Assembly (NCBI GenBank): GCA_943323545.2
Contig: CALPIE020000001.1
Span: 4,347 to 68,346 of the forward strand
From: Bifidobacterium breve
GTDB taxonomy: Bacteria; Bacteroidota; Bacteroidia; Flavobacteriales; Flavobacteriaceae
Direction of reading: 5' to 3'
DNA length: 64,000 nucleotides
Position numbers and translations under genes: made by a program. Numbering within the stretch: position 1 is the first letter of the stretch; every line of letters begins with the position of its first letter. This document shows positions 50,603 through 60,936 of the stretch, piece by piece. The notes beneath the pieces were generated by a model that was not told where the DNA came from, did no database searches, and worked only from the letters and a program-made list of their open reading frames with translations.

Positions 50603-51355
50603 TTGCAACCCATTATCCAAATACAATCCTTATCTAAAAAGTACAAAGATGCTGATGCGTTTTCATTGAACGATTTAACTTTGACCATAAACGAAGGTCA
50701 GATTTTCGGCTTACTCGGACCAAATGGCGCGGGGAAAACAACGCTTATTTCGATGTTATGCGGCTTGATAAAACCAACATCTGGAAGTTTTACGATTAAC
50801 AATTTGATGTATGCTGACAATGCCTTGGAAATCAAAAAAACAATTGGTGTTGTGCCACAAGAATACGCCTTATATCCAACCTTAACCGCCAAAGAAAACC
50901 TGCTTTATTTTGGAAGTATGTACGGTTTGAAGGGCAAAGAACTCAAAAACAAAGTAAATCAATCGCTCGATTTTTTAGGGTTGTTAAAGTTTGCAGACAA
51001 ACGGGTTGAAACCTTTTCAGGAGGAATGAAGCGCAGAGTAAATTTGATTGCTGGTATTCTACACAATCCAAAAGTGCTTTTTTTAGACGAACCAACTGTA
51101 GGTGTCGACGTGCAATCTAAAAATGCCATTATCGATTACCTGAAGCAATTGAATACTTCAGGAACCACTATCATTTATACATCGCATCATTTATCAGAAG
51201 CAGAGGATTTTTGTACCGATATTGCCATCATCGACAGAGGAACTATTTACGCTAAAGGAACACCAAAAGAACTAATTTCGAATACACCAAATGCCCGAAA
51301 TTTAGAAGATGTTTTCATAGCATTAACAGGAAAAGAACTGCGCGATGATGTATAA
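50603..51355 (+). CDS. ABC transporter ATP-binding protein
   Basis: GPNGAGKT, FSGGMKRR, LDEPT. Confidence 0.95.
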   Translation: MQPIIQIQSLSKKYKDADAFSLNDLTLTINEGQIFGLLGPNGAGKTTLISMLCGLIKPTSGSFTINNLMYADNALEIKKTIGVVPQEYALYPTLTAKENLLYFGSMYGLKGKELKNKVNQSLDFLGLLKFADKRVETFSGGMKRRVNLIAGILHNPKVLFLDEPTVGVDVQSKNAIIDYLKQLNTSGTTIIYTSHHLSEAEDFCTDIAIIDRGTIYAKGTPKELISNTPNARNLEDVFIALTGKELRDDV

Positions 51356-52625
51356 ATTAGCCATGTCGATTTACAAAGAATTTTTGCTGCTGAAACGCGA
51401 TTTCGGTGGCGTTATCATTCTTTTTGTGATGCCGTTGGTTTTGATTATTGCAGTTACTTTAATTCAAGACAGTACGTTTAAAAAAGTGAGTGATGTCAAA
51501 ATTCCAATATTAATTGTCGATAATGATAAAGGCAAAGTGTCGCAATCAGTGATGGAAAACCTTCATAAAGCGGATGCATTCTTAATAATTAATCAGATAG
51601 ACAATCTTTCTATTACAGAGATTCAGGCAAAAGAAGCAGTGTTTAAAGGGAAATACCAATTGGCTATTGTCATTCCTGAAAATTTGAGTTCCGATTTGCA
51701 AACGAAAATCGAACAAAACGTCAACAAAATAGTGAGTAGCTTTTCAGAACCAGACACCACCAAAACCAATTCTCCAAAAGCAATTTACCAAAAGGAAGTC
51801 AAATTGTATTTTGATCCTGCCGTGCAATTGAATTTTAAAAACGCCGTCATGAGTTCGATTGACAAGATGATTTCTCAAATCGAAACCCAATCGATTTATA
51901 CTTCTTTCCAAGAACAATTAGGCGAAAATGTAGCTGCTTTTGAACAAGAGAGTTTTATCAAGTTTAAAGAAATTGCACCGAAAATAAACGATGAAGAAAT
52001 CATTCCTAATTCTGCACAACACAACGTTCCGGCGTGGACACTTTTTGCAGTATTTTTTATAGTTATTCCGCTTTCCATTAATATTGTAAAAGAAAAAAGT
52101 CAAGGAACTTTTGTGCGATTACGAACCAATCCAGTTCCTAATACAATAGTTTTAGCAGGAAAAACGGTGATGTATAGCTTCATTTGTATGGTTCAATTTT
52201 ACATGATGATTTTGGTTGCGGTTTTTGTATTTCCAAAAATTGGATTACCAGCACTTAACATCGAAGGTAATTTAATTTTAATGAGTATAGTGGCACTTTT
52301 TTCTGGATTAGCAGCCATCGGTTTCGGAATATTAATCGGTACAATCGCCAAAACACAAGAACAATCCGCACCATTTGGTGCTACCGCCACTATCGTTTTA
52401 GCGGCAGTTGGTGGCGTTTGGGTTCCGGTTTTTGCGATGTCGAAAACCATGCAACTCATCGCGCATTGTTCACCTATGAATTGGGGATTAAATGCATTTT
52501 ATGATGTACTTTTGCGCAATGGGACCATCATTGATGTCGTTCCCGAATTAAGTTTATTATTTCTATTTTTTATAATCACATCAACTCTAGCCATTATATA
52601 TGATAAGAAGAAAAGAGCAGTTTAA
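51345..52625 (+). CDS. ABC-2 type transporter permease
   Basis: One N-terminal TM, periplasmic loop, five C-terminal TMs; EKSQGTFVRL. Confidence 0.9.
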   Translation: MMYKLAMSIYKEFLLLKRDFGGVIILFVMPLVLIIAVTLIQDSTFKKVSDVKIPILIVDNDKGKVSQSVMENLHKADAFLIINQIDNLSITEIQAKEAVFKGKYQLAIVIPENLSSDLQTKIEQNVNKIVSSFSEPDTTKTNSPKAIYQKEVKLYFDPAVQLNFKNAVMSSIDKMISQIETQSIYTSFQEQLGENVAAFEQESFIKFKEIAPKINDEEIIPNSAQHNVPAWTLFAVFFIVIPLSINIVKEKSQGTFVRLRTNPVPNTIVLAGKTVMYSFICMVQFYMMILVAVFVFPKIGLPALNIEGNLILMSIVALFSGLAAIGFGILIGTIAKTQEQSAPFGATATIVLAAVGGVWVPVFAMSKTMQLIAHCSPMNWGLNAFYDVLLRNGTIIDVVPELSLLFLFFIITSTLAIIYDKKKRAV

Positions 52626-53049
52626 TGAAGTCCCCGCATTGACCGTTTCAAAAGATATCCGTGTACGTTTTAACGAAACCGATCCTTTGGGAATTGTGTG
52701 GCATGGAATCTACATCACTTATTTTGAAGATGGTCGTGAAGCTTTTGGACGTGAACACGGTATTTCGTATCTCGATGTGCAGTCACACGGATTTACAACT
52801 CCAATTGTGAAATCCGTTTGTGAACACAAATTATCATTGCGCTATGGCGATGTAGCGCGAATTGAAACGACCATAATCGATTCGCCAGCCGCCAAAATGA
52901 TTTTTAGATATACGATTTATGATACCAAAAATGAAGTGGCATGTACTGGTGAAACGGTACAAGTTTTTCTTGATAGCAACAATGATTTGATGTTAACCAA
53001 TCCGCCATTTTATGAAGATTGGAAACGAAAAGTAGGATTGTTAAAATAA
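52600..53049 (+). CDS. Acyl-CoA/ACP thioesterase (4HBT family)
   Basis: VRFNETDPLGIVWHG.Y..YFEDGRE. Confidence 0.9.
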   Translation: MIRRKEQFNEVPALTVSKDIRVRFNETDPLGIVWHGIYITYFEDGREAFGREHGISYLDVQSHGFTTPIVKSVCEHKLSLRYGDVARIETTIIDSPAAKMIFRYTIYDTKNEVACTGETVQVFLDSNNDLMLTNPPFYEDWKRKVGLLK

Positions 53050-53052
53050 AAT

Positions 53053-54195
53053 ATGCTCAAAAAAATCTACATAACGCACACCAATTGCATCACTCCATTA
53101 GGGTTTGATGTGGCTGCGAATGTAGCAAACATTGTGAATGGTGTTAAGGGTATTCAAAAACACCAAGATTCGGCCTTACTAAAATTGCCTTTTTATGCAG
53201 CGATTGTAAATGATATTGATTTGGACATGGCTTTCGCCGAAATTACGCAGTCGGATTCGTACACCAAACTCGAAAAAATGATGATTTTGGCTTTGCATCC
53301 GATGGTTGAAAAAGCAAAAGTTAACGAACGAACAGCGTTTATTCTTTCTACAACAAAAGGGAATATTACCGCTTTAGAAAATCACAACAATCCTATTGAA
53401 GCCGCTCAATTGCATACCTTGGCTAAAAATGTGGCTGATTTTTTTGAATTTAAAACACAACCAATCGTAGTTTCAAATGCTTGTGTTTCGGGCCTATTAG
53501 CCGTTTCGGTTGCTAAAAGAATGATTCAAAGTGAGTTGTACGACAATGCATTTATTGTGGCAGGCGATTTAGTTTCGGAGTTTGTTTTGTCGGGTTTCAA
53601 TTCGTTTCAAGCCATGAGTTATGCTCCTTGTAAACCATATTCTGCCAATCGAACAGGTGTAAATTTAGGCGAAGCCACTTCGGCAGTTTTAGTTACTTCT
53701 GTAAAAGAAAATGCTAAAGTTGAAATTGTAGGCGATGGTTCCATTAACGATGCCAATCACATATCAGGGCCGTCTCGAACTGGAGAAGGATTGTACCGAA
53801 GCATTCAAAGTGCAATGAACGAAGCCAACGTAAATTCAGAAGACATTGATTATATTTCGGCACACGGAACCGCAACTCCCTTTAATGATGAGATGGAAGC
53901 GATTGCGTTTAACCGATTGGGTTTGCAACACGCTCCTATAAACAGTTTAAAAGGATATTACGGCCACACTTTGGGCGCTTCGGGATTGCTCGAAACTGTC
54001 ATCGGAATCGAATCAATGCTAAACAATACATTATTTGTTTCTCTAGGATTTGATGAAATGGGCGTAAGCGAACCAATCAATATTATACAGAAAAACGAAG
54101 AAAAAAACATACAGTATTTTCTCAAAACAGCATCAGGTTTTGGGGGTTGCAATTCCGCAGTAGTATTTAAAAAAGCGTTATCTAGTGGAAAATAA
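53053..54195 (+). CDS. Beta-ketoacyl synthase
   Basis: SNACVSG, SAHGTAT, GHTLGA, SGFGG. Confidence 0.9.
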   Translation: MLKKIYITHTNCITPLGFDVAANVANIVNGVKGIQKHQDSALLKLPFYAAIVNDIDLDMAFAEITQSDSYTKLEKMMILALHPMVEKAKVNERTAFILSTTKGNITALENHNNPIEAAQLHTLAKNVADFFEFKTQPIVVSNACVSGLLAVSVAKRMIQSELYDNAFIVAGDLVSEFVLSGFNSFQAMSYAPCKPYSANRTGVNLGEATSAVLVTSVKENAKVEIVGDGSINDANHISGPSRTGEGLYRSIQSAMNEANVNSEDIDYISAHGTATPFNDEMEAIAFNRLGLQHAPINSLKGYYGHTLGASGLLETVIGIESMLNNTLFVSLGFDEMGVSEPINIIQKNEEKNIQYFLKTASGFGGCNSAVVFKKALSSGK

Positions 54196-54799
54196 AAACT
54201 TCATACACTCTTTTTGTACCATCGAACAAAATAAAATTTGTTTAAATGGTAAAGTAGTTTTTGAAACCGAAGCCTCGCTTTTTAATGAATTTTCTAAAAA
54301 GGCTTACCATCATTTTAAAATAAATTATCCTAAATTTTTTAAGATGGACAATTTGAGTAAACTAGCTTTTATTGCTTCAGAACTCATTTTAAATCAAGTA
54401 GTTGAATCTGAAAAAGAAAACAACATTGCCTTGGTTTTTGCTAACAAATCATCGAGTTTAGATACTGACGTGAAGTACCAAGACTCGATTTCGGATGGAG
54501 AAAATTACTTTCCGAGTCCGGCCGTTTTCGTGTATACACTCCCCAATATTTGCCTCGGAGAAATAGCAATCAAAAACCAATTGAAAAGTGAAAATTCTTT
54601 CTTTATATTTGAAGCGTTCAATTCGGCATTTATGATGCAATATGCCAATGTGCTTTTTAACACAAAAAAGGCAGAAAAAGTACTTTGCGGTTGGGTCGAA
54701 TATTATCAAGAAGATTACAAAGCTTACTTGTATTTGGTTACCAAAGAAGGAACAACAGAACACAACATAAACAACATAGTAACAGCATATACTAATTAA
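54185..54799 (+). CDS. Short ketosynthase-like/chain-length-factor partner
   Basis: YPKFFKMD.LSKL, PSPAVFVYTLPNI; no catalytic His residues. Confidence 0.75.
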   Translation: MENKNFIHSFCTIEQNKICLNGKVVFETEASLFNEFSKKAYHHFKINYPKFFKMDNLSKLAFIASELILNQVVESEKENNIALVFANKSSSLDTDVKYQDSISDGENYFPSPAVFVYTLPNICLGEIAIKNQLKSENSFFIFEAFNSAFMMQYANVLFNTKKAEKVLCGWVEYYQEDYKAYLYLVTKEGTTEHNINNIVTAYTN

Positions 54800-54801
54800 A
54801 T

Positions 54802-55059
54802 ATGGAAGCATTAAAGCAAGAATTAAAAGGGAAAATTATCGAAGTTTTAAATTTAGAAGACATCAGTGTAGCGGATATTAACGATAACGATCCATTGTTT
54901 GGTGACGGTTTAGGACTCGATTCTATAGACGCTTTGGAGCTTATCGTTTTATTGGATAAGGACTACGGAATCAAATTGGTCGATCCGAAAGAAGGGAAAA
55001 CCATTTTCCAATCGATTGAGACAATGGCTAATTATATTACTGCTAATAGAACAAAATAA
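54802..55059 (+). CDS. Acyl carrier protein
   Basis: LFGDGLGLDSIDALE. Confidence 0.93.
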   Translation: MEALKQELKGKIIEVLNLEDISVADINDNDPLFGDGLGLDSIDALELIVLLDKDYGIKLVDPKEGKTIFQSIETMANYITANRTK

Positions 55060-55060
55060 T

Positions 55061-55160
55061 TTTGGATTGTTAGACTTCTTAGACCTTTTAGACTTCTTAG
55101 AAATGAAAGTTTAAAAGGTCTAAGAAGTCTAAAAATCTAAGAAGTCTAAGATAGTCTAAC
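55061..55160. repeat. Inverted pair of 9-mer tandem arrays (TTAGACTTC / GAAGTCTAA)
   Basis: Three to four left units and five right complementary units around a short loop. Confidence 0.85.
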
Positions 55161-56360
55161 ATGAACAAAGGTGTCGCCATAACCGGAATGGGAATTATTT
55201 CTGCTATCGGAAATTCGGTAGAAGAAAATTTCAATGCATTAATTAATGGTCAAAAAGCAATTACGACTATTGCTAATATTGACACCGTTCACAAAAATGT
55301 GATGATGGTTGGTGAAATTAAAAAAACTAACGACCAATTAGCACACGAACTTGGACTTTCGCCTGAAAATAATTTCTCAAGAACTGCGATGATTGGAGCA
55401 ATTGCCGCCAAACAAGCGTTGGAGAATGCCGGAATTACTTCAATTAACGAATACAAAACGGGATTGATTTCTGCCTCGAGTGTGGGCGGAATGGACATGA
55501 CCGAAAAATACTATTACGAATATTTCGAAAATCCAGACGTGGTGAAATACATCAGCGCACACGATGGAGGTGATGTGGCTCAAAAAATAGCAGAAGAATT
55601 AGGTTTAAAAGGATTGGTAACTACGATTAGTACCGCTTGTTCGTCGGCAGCCAATTCGATTATGTTGGGAGCGCGATTGATTCAATCGGGAAAATTAGAT
55701 CGTGTAATTGTTGGAGGAACTGATGCTTTGGCGAAGTTTACCATCAACGGATTTAAAACGTTAATGATTTTATCCGACTCCTATAACACACCATTCGACA
55801 ACGACCGTAAAGGATTAAACCTTGGTGAAGCTGCCGCTTATTTAGTGTTGGAATCAGACGAAATCGTAGCCAAAGAAAACAAAAAAGTACTCGCAAGAGT
55901 AGCGGGTTTTGGCAATGCGAATGATGCTTTTCACCAAACTGCTTCTTCCGAAAATGGCGACGGTGCTTTTTTAGCAATGGAAAAGGCATTTCAAGTTTCA
56001 GGTTTACAACCCAATCAAATCGATTATATCAACGTACACGGAACCGCAACTCCAAACAATGATTTGTCAGAAGGACGAGCCATTATTCGAATTTACGGTG
56101 AAGAAAACGTTCCCGATTTCAGTTCGACAAAACCGTATACGGGGCATACTTTAGCCGCAGCGGCAGCCATCGAAGCAGTTTATAGTGTGTTGGCAATTCA
56201 GAACAATGTGGTTTTTCCGAATTTGAATTTTAAAACACCAATGGCCGAATTCCATATGATTCCGCAAACGACATTAAAACATAAAAACATCGATCACGTA
56301 TTGTCCAATTCTTTTGGATTTGGCGGCAATTGTTCGACCGTAATATTTTCAAGAAACTAA
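55161..56360 (+). CDS. Aryl polyene-type beta-ketoacyl synthase
   Basis: STACSS, NVHGTAT, GHTLAAA, SNSFGFGG. Confidence 0.92.
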   Translation: MNKGVAITGMGIISAIGNSVEENFNALINGQKAITTIANIDTVHKNVMMVGEIKKTNDQLAHELGLSPENNFSRTAMIGAIAAKQALENAGITSINEYKTGLISASSVGGMDMTEKYYYEYFENPDVVKYISAHDGGDVAQKIAEELGLKGLVTTISTACSSAANSIMLGARLIQSGKLDRVIVGGTDALAKFTINGFKTLMILSDSYNTPFDNDRKGLNLGEAAAYLVLESDEIVAKENKKVLARVAGFGNANDAFHQTASSENGDGAFLAMEKAFQVSGLQPNQIDYINVHGTATPNNDLSEGRAIIRIYGEENVPDFSSTKPYTGHTLAAAAAIEAVYSVLAIQNNVVFPNLNFKTPMAEFHMIPQTTLKHKNIDHVLSNSFGFGGNCSTVIFSRN

Positions 56361-57424
56361 TGAAGAAAACATACATCAATGGCGTAGGTTGTGTTTCGGC
56401 TCAAAAAACAATGGAAACTGTTTTTTTGGAAGAGGTAGTTTGTAATGAGAATGAAAATGTACTTCCGATACAAGTCCCAGTTTACAAAGATTTTATTTCT
56501 CCCGTTGCGATTCGTAGAATGGCAAAAGGTGTTAAAAACGGCATCGTAGCTTCGGCAACCGCTATGAAAGAAGCGAATGTTGAATCGTTGGATGCAATAA
56601 TTACAGGAACCGGAATGGGTTGTATTGAAGATTCCGATAAGTTTTTGAAAGCATTAATCGATAATAACGAAGAATTCTTAACACCAACTTCGTTCATCCA
56701 ATCGACGCACAATACCGTTGGTTCTCAAATCGCGTTGGGTTTGCAATGCAAAGCCTATAATTTTACGTATGTGAATGCAGCAGTTTCTTTTGAATCGGCA
56801 ATTATGGATGCCAAAATGCAAATCGAAACCAACGAAGCTTCCACAATTCTAATTGGCGGTGTGGATGAAATGAGCGATTATACAGCCAAATTATTTCAAT
56901 TAGCGGGTTTTATAAAAAAAGAAAGTGATGCCCCGTTTTCAGTTTTAGATTCGAAAACGACTGGAGCCGTTTACAGCGAAGGAGCGACTTTCTTTGTTTT
57001 GGAAGATAAAAAAACAACGTCTACGTATGCTGAAATTGTCGATGTTGCGATGATCAATCAATTGAATGTTGATGAAGTTGAAAACGAAATCCAAGCCTTT
57101 TTAAAATCCAATAATCTACAAGTTAGCGATATAGACGTTGTAGTTTTAGGATACAACGGCGATGTTAACTACGACAATTATTACAAGAATTTATCTGATA
57201 ACATATTTGCCAACATACCGCAAGTCTACTACAAACATTTGAGTGGCGAATACAATACAGCTTCTGCGTTCGGGTTGTGGATTGGTTCGAAAATCATCAA
57301 AACGCAGCAAATTCCAGATGTGTTGAAAGTCAACAAGCTTGAAAAAGCAACGTATAAAAACATCCTTTTATACAATCAATACAAAGGAATCGACCATAGT
57401 TTTACCTTAATTTCTAAATGTTAA
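56360..57424 (+). CDS. Ketosynthase chain-length factor
   Basis: RRMAKG, PTSFIQSTHN; lacks the catalytic Cys; coupled to the upstream KS. Confidence 0.82.
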   Translation: MKKTYINGVGCVSAQKTMETVFLEEVVCNENENVLPIQVPVYKDFISPVAIRRMAKGVKNGIVASATAMKEANVESLDAIITGTGMGCIEDSDKFLKALIDNNEEFLTPTSFIQSTHNTVGSQIALGLQCKAYNFTYVNAAVSFESAIMDAKMQIETNEASTILIGGVDEMSDYTAKLFQLAGFIKKESDAPFSVLDSKTTGAVYSEGATFFVLEDKKTTSTYAEIVDVAMINQLNVDEVENEIQAFLKSNNLQVSDIDVVVLGYNGDVNYDNYYKNLSDNIFANIPQVYYKHLSGEYNTASAFGLWIGSKIIKTQQIPDVLKVNKLEKATYKNILLYNQYKGIDHSFTLISKC

Positions 57425-58194
57425 GTCACAGAAAAATAAATGTCATTTTTCTAACACTTGTTCTGTTGTTATTGGTTTTGAGTTTCTGGATAACAGTAAA
57501 GTGGTGGTATTTTTTAGTGCTTTTGAGTTTCCGGTTTCTATTTCTTTTAGTAGGTTCGTCTTTCATCCAACTCAATTATCATGTTAAAGCCTATTGTAAA
57601 AATCCAAATGAAAAAGAAAAGAAAATCGCATTGTCTTTTGATGACGGACCACATCCAATCACTTCACAAATTCTTACTTTACTAAAAGAATACAACGCCA
57701 AAGCTACTTTTTTCTGTATCGGTAAAAACATCGAACAACATCCCGAAATTCTCAAACAAATTTTTGAAGACGGACACGTTATTGGGAATCATTCATATTC
57801 CCATTCTCATTTTTTTGATTTTTATAGAAAAGACAGAATTGTCAAAGAATTACAAGATACAAATGCAGTCATTTACAATATAATTGGTAAGAAAGCCCGT
57901 TTTTTTAGACCACCATATGGCGTGACCAATCCTTCTATTGCCAAGGCTTTAAGCATTACCCAACACCAAGTTATTGGATGGAACATTCGCTCTATGGATG
58001 GCATTATTAAAAACGAGAAAATTATTTACAACCGAATTGCCAAACGTATAGCCCCAGGATCAGTTGTGCTTTTGCACGATACTTCTGCCACTACTGTTAG
58101 GGTTTTGGAACAGTTATTGTTATTTTTGCGCGCCAATAAATACGAAATTGTTGGCATTGAAGAATTATTAGACCTAAATGCCTATGAAAATTAG
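57418..58194 (+). CDS. Membrane-anchored polysaccharide deacetylase (CE4)
   Basis: SFDDGP, GNHSYSH, FRPPYG, LLHD. Confidence 0.92.
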   Translation: MLSHRKINVIFLTLVLLLLVLSFWITVKWWYFLVLLSFRFLFLLVGSSFIQLNYHVKAYCKNPNEKEKKIALSFDDGPHPITSQILTLLKEYNAKATFFCIGKNIEQHPEILKQIFEDGHVIGNHSYSHSHFFDFYRKDRIVKELQDTNAVIYNIIGKKARFFRPPYGVTNPSIAKALSITQHQVIGWNIRSMDGIIKNEKIIYNRIAKRIAPGSVVLLHDTSATTVRVLEQLLLFLRANKYEIVGIEELLDLNAYEN

Positions 58195-58819
58195 TAACTA
58201 TTTATTGATTTTTTTGTTGACAAGCAAAAGTTTGTTTGTTGTTTCACAGGAACAAAAAATGTCGGAAAGCGAAATCACTTCATTCAAACAATCGGTGAAT
58301 GCAGTCGCTAAAAAAATTACTACTATATCAAACGATTTTGTGCAATATAAACACATGGACTTTTTATCAAAAGACATTGAAACTTTAGGTAAAATGTATT
58401 TCAAAGAGCCAAATACTTTAAAATGGCAATACAAAAAACCCTACAATTATTCGATTGTATTTAAAAACGGTAAAATCTTAATTGATGATGAGGGTAAGAA
58501 AAGTTCTCACGATATTGGGAACAGTAAGATTTTCGGAAAAATAAACAAACTAATTGTGGGAAGCGTTAGCGGCAATATGTTCGATGACAAAGAATTTACC
58601 ATTAGTTTTTTCAAAACCAAAACCAACAATATTACACGATTAATTCCGAAAGACGCAGCATTAAAAAAATACATCAAACAAATTGAACTGACTTTTGACA
58701 ATGATGATTTTACGGTGATTCAAGTTAAACTAATTGAATCTTCAGATGATTTCACTCGAATCGTTCTTAAAAACAAGACTTTAAATGCAAAAATCGACGA
58801 TTCTATTTTTACTAACTAG
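58184..58819 (+). CDS. LolA-like outer-membrane carrier protein
   Basis: DFVQYK, G.MYFKEP..LKWQY..PY. Confidence 0.82.
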   Translation: MKISNYLLIFLLTSKSLFVVSQEQKMSESEITSFKQSVNAVAKKITTISNDFVQYKHMDFLSKDIETLGKMYFKEPNTLKWQYKKPYNYSIVFKNGKILIDDEGKKSSHDIGNSKIFGKINKLIVGSVSGNMFDDKEFTISFFKTKTNNITRLIPKDAALKKYIKQIELTFDNDDFTVIQVKLIESSDDFTRIVLKNKTLNAKIDDSIFTN

Positions 58820-59426
58820 TTGCATTGCAGTTGTTTTTTTAGCTTCTTGTTCCTCGCTTAATTTGGTTCAAGACTATAATAAAGTTCCAATTGAAAATAC
58901 AATTTTTCAAAATACGTATTTTGCCAATCCAGAAATCGATTACGTTTACAAAGCTAATATTACTGTTTATGGAAATGAATTAACGGGAATTTTTATCGCC
59001 AAAAAAATAAATGAAACAACACACAGGGTAGTTTTTACCACAGAATTTGGCAATAAGTTATTGGATTTCGAAATTTCAGAAAACGATTTTAAAATCAATT
59101 CCATTGTAGATGATTTGAATAGAAAAATACTCATCAACACTTTAAAAAACGATTTCAGATTACTGTTAAAAAACGATTTTTTGATTGCCGAAAAATACGA
59201 AAATGCTACAAATCGAGTTTATAAAAATAAAGATGGCAAAAATTTAAACTATCTTTTTAGCTCTAAAACAGATGAAAAATTGTACAAAATAGCCCAAGCA
59301 TCAAAAACAAAAGAAAAAATAAATATAAGTTTTACATCAGAAAACAATATTTTTGCAGATACTATTATAATTCAACATTATAATCTAAAATTACGCATCG
59401 AGTTAAATTATTTTAAACAAAATTAA
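58785..59426 (+). CDS. Hypothetical lipoprotein
   Basis: Lipobox LASC; RVVFTTEFGNKLLDF. Confidence 0.75.
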   Translation: MQKSTILFLLTSCIAVVFLASCSSLNLVQDYNKVPIENTIFQNTYFANPEIDYVYKANITVYGNELTGIFIAKKINETTHRVVFTTEFGNKLLDFEISENDFKINSIVDDLNRKILINTLKNDFRLLLKNDFLIAEKYENATNRVYKNKDGKNLNYLFSSKTDEKLYKIAQASKTKEKINISFTSENNIFADTIIIQHYNLKLRIELNYFKQN

Positions 59427-59437
59427 ACCAGATAAAA

Positions 59438-60064
59438 ATGAAAAAGATTTTAATTATTACCGCGTTAACTTTTTTCGGAATGACTCAAGCACAGGTAACT
59501 TTTAAACCAGGATTAAGAGGAGGTGTTAATTTCTCTCACTTTACAAAAGGAGATGATTCCAACAATTATTACTATGATAATAACGGAAACTATGTAAGCA
59601 GTCCAAATGGAGATAAATTTGAATCAAAAACCGATTTCTATCTAGGATTTTATGGTGCTTTACGCCTTACAAAATATTACACTTTACAACCTGAAGTGGA
59701 TTATTCAAGACAAGGTTCGGTTTACAAAAACAATAACGGGTCTAACGAACAATTGGATGTTTCTTATTTGTCAATTGCGATTGCTAATAAATTTACTTTT
59801 TCGGATAAGTTTAACGTACATCTCGGACCGACAATAGACTTTGTCGTTGACGATAATTTTGATACAGACAATGAGGTTGATTTAGCTTTTTTTCTTGGAG
59901 CAGGATATAATTTCACTAAAAATTTTGGAATTGAAGCTAGAGTTAAAAAAGGGATTATTCCAGTTATTGACAGATATTATACAGGTTTTAATAACGATTA
60001 CAGTAGCACTCACAGCAATGTTGTTTTTAGTATTGGAGCAACCTACACATTCGATTTAAAATAA
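59438..60064 (+). CDS. Outer-membrane beta-barrel (PorT-like porin family) protein
   Basis: Signal peptide, G.RGGVN, LQPEV.YS.QG, terminal GATYTF. Confidence 0.82.
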   Translation: MKKILIITALTFFGMTQAQVTFKPGLRGGVNFSHFTKGDDSNNYYYDNNGNYVSSPNGDKFESKTDFYLGFYGALRLTKYYTLQPEVDYSRQGSVYKNNNGSNEQLDVSYLSIAIANKFTFSDKFNVHLGPTIDFVVDDNFDTDNEVDLAFFLGAGYNFTKNFGIEARVKKGIIPVIDRYYTGFNNDYSSTHSNVVFSIGATYTFDLK

Positions 60065-60069
60065 AAATA

Positions 60070-60444
60070 ATGTTATTAAAAGACTTTTACACCATAAAAT
60101 CAATAGATAAAAAAGATGACCATAATTACGTGGTCATACTTTTTATAAATGAAAAGCACGATGTTTTTAAAGGACATTTCCCTGGAAATCCAATCATGCC
60201 AGGGGTTTGTATGATGCAAATCATCAAGGAACTTACCGAGCAAATTACCAATACTACTTTAGTAATGCAAAGTCTTTCGAATGTGAAATTCATGGCGTTA
60301 ATCAATCCGTTTGTAACTCCCGAATTAAAGCTGGAATTAAACATTACTTCCACCGAAGACGATACAATCAAAGTTAAAAACACTGCCTATTTTGACCAAA
60401 CAATCGCTTTGAAATTAGGAAGTGTTTATAAAAAAATAGCGTAA
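60070..60444 (+). CDS. 3-hydroxyacyl-ACP dehydratase (FabZ/ApeI-like)
   Basis: FKGHFPGNPIMPGVC. Confidence 0.9.
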   Translation: MLLKDFYTIKSIDKKDDHNYVVILFINEKHDVFKGHFPGNPIMPGVCMMQIIKELTEQITNTTLVMQSLSNVKFMALINPFVTPELKLELNITSTEDDTIKVKNTAYFDQTIALKLGSVYKKIA

Positions 60445-60926
60445 TGAAAATTTTCTTTTCTTTTTTAGTGCTGTTGGTTTTTGCCAACAATCCCAATCTT
60501 GCTGAAATTAGAAAAGCATTTCCATCAGCTGCAACTTCTGAAATTAGTGCGAAAGCATTTGCTTCAAAACTGGCTGATGTCACTTTAGAAGATAAAACGA
60601 TTACAGCATATAAAGGCGCATCTATAACCATGGTGTCAAGATTTAAAAAGAAAGTTTCTGAAAAAATAAGTACTTTTAAAGAAGGAAGTAAACTTATAGA
60701 ATCGGCCGTTGCTAGCGAACCGAACAACATTGAAATTCGTTTGATTCGTTTGAGCATTCAGGAAAATGTTCCTGGAATTGTGAAATACAAGATGAACATT
60801 AAAGACGATGCAGCTTTTATTCTAAAACACTTCAAAGAGCAGAACAATATATTGAAAGATTATATTAGAAGTTTTGTTTTGCAATCGAAAAGTTTTTCGG
60901 CAGAAGAAAAACTGACTTTCAAATAG
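60444..60926 (+). CDS. Exported helical hypothetical protein
   Basis: Signal peptide; EIRLIRLSIQENVP motif. Confidence 0.7.
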   Translation: MKIFFSFLVLLVFANNPNLAEIRKAFPSAATSEISAKAFASKLADVTLEDKTITAYKGASITMVSRFKKKVSEKISTFKEGSKLIESAVASEPNNIEIRLIRLSIQENVPGIVKYKMNIKDDAAFILKHFKEQNNILKDYIRSFVLQSKSFSAEEKLTFK

Positions 60927-60936
60927 CAAAGAAAAA

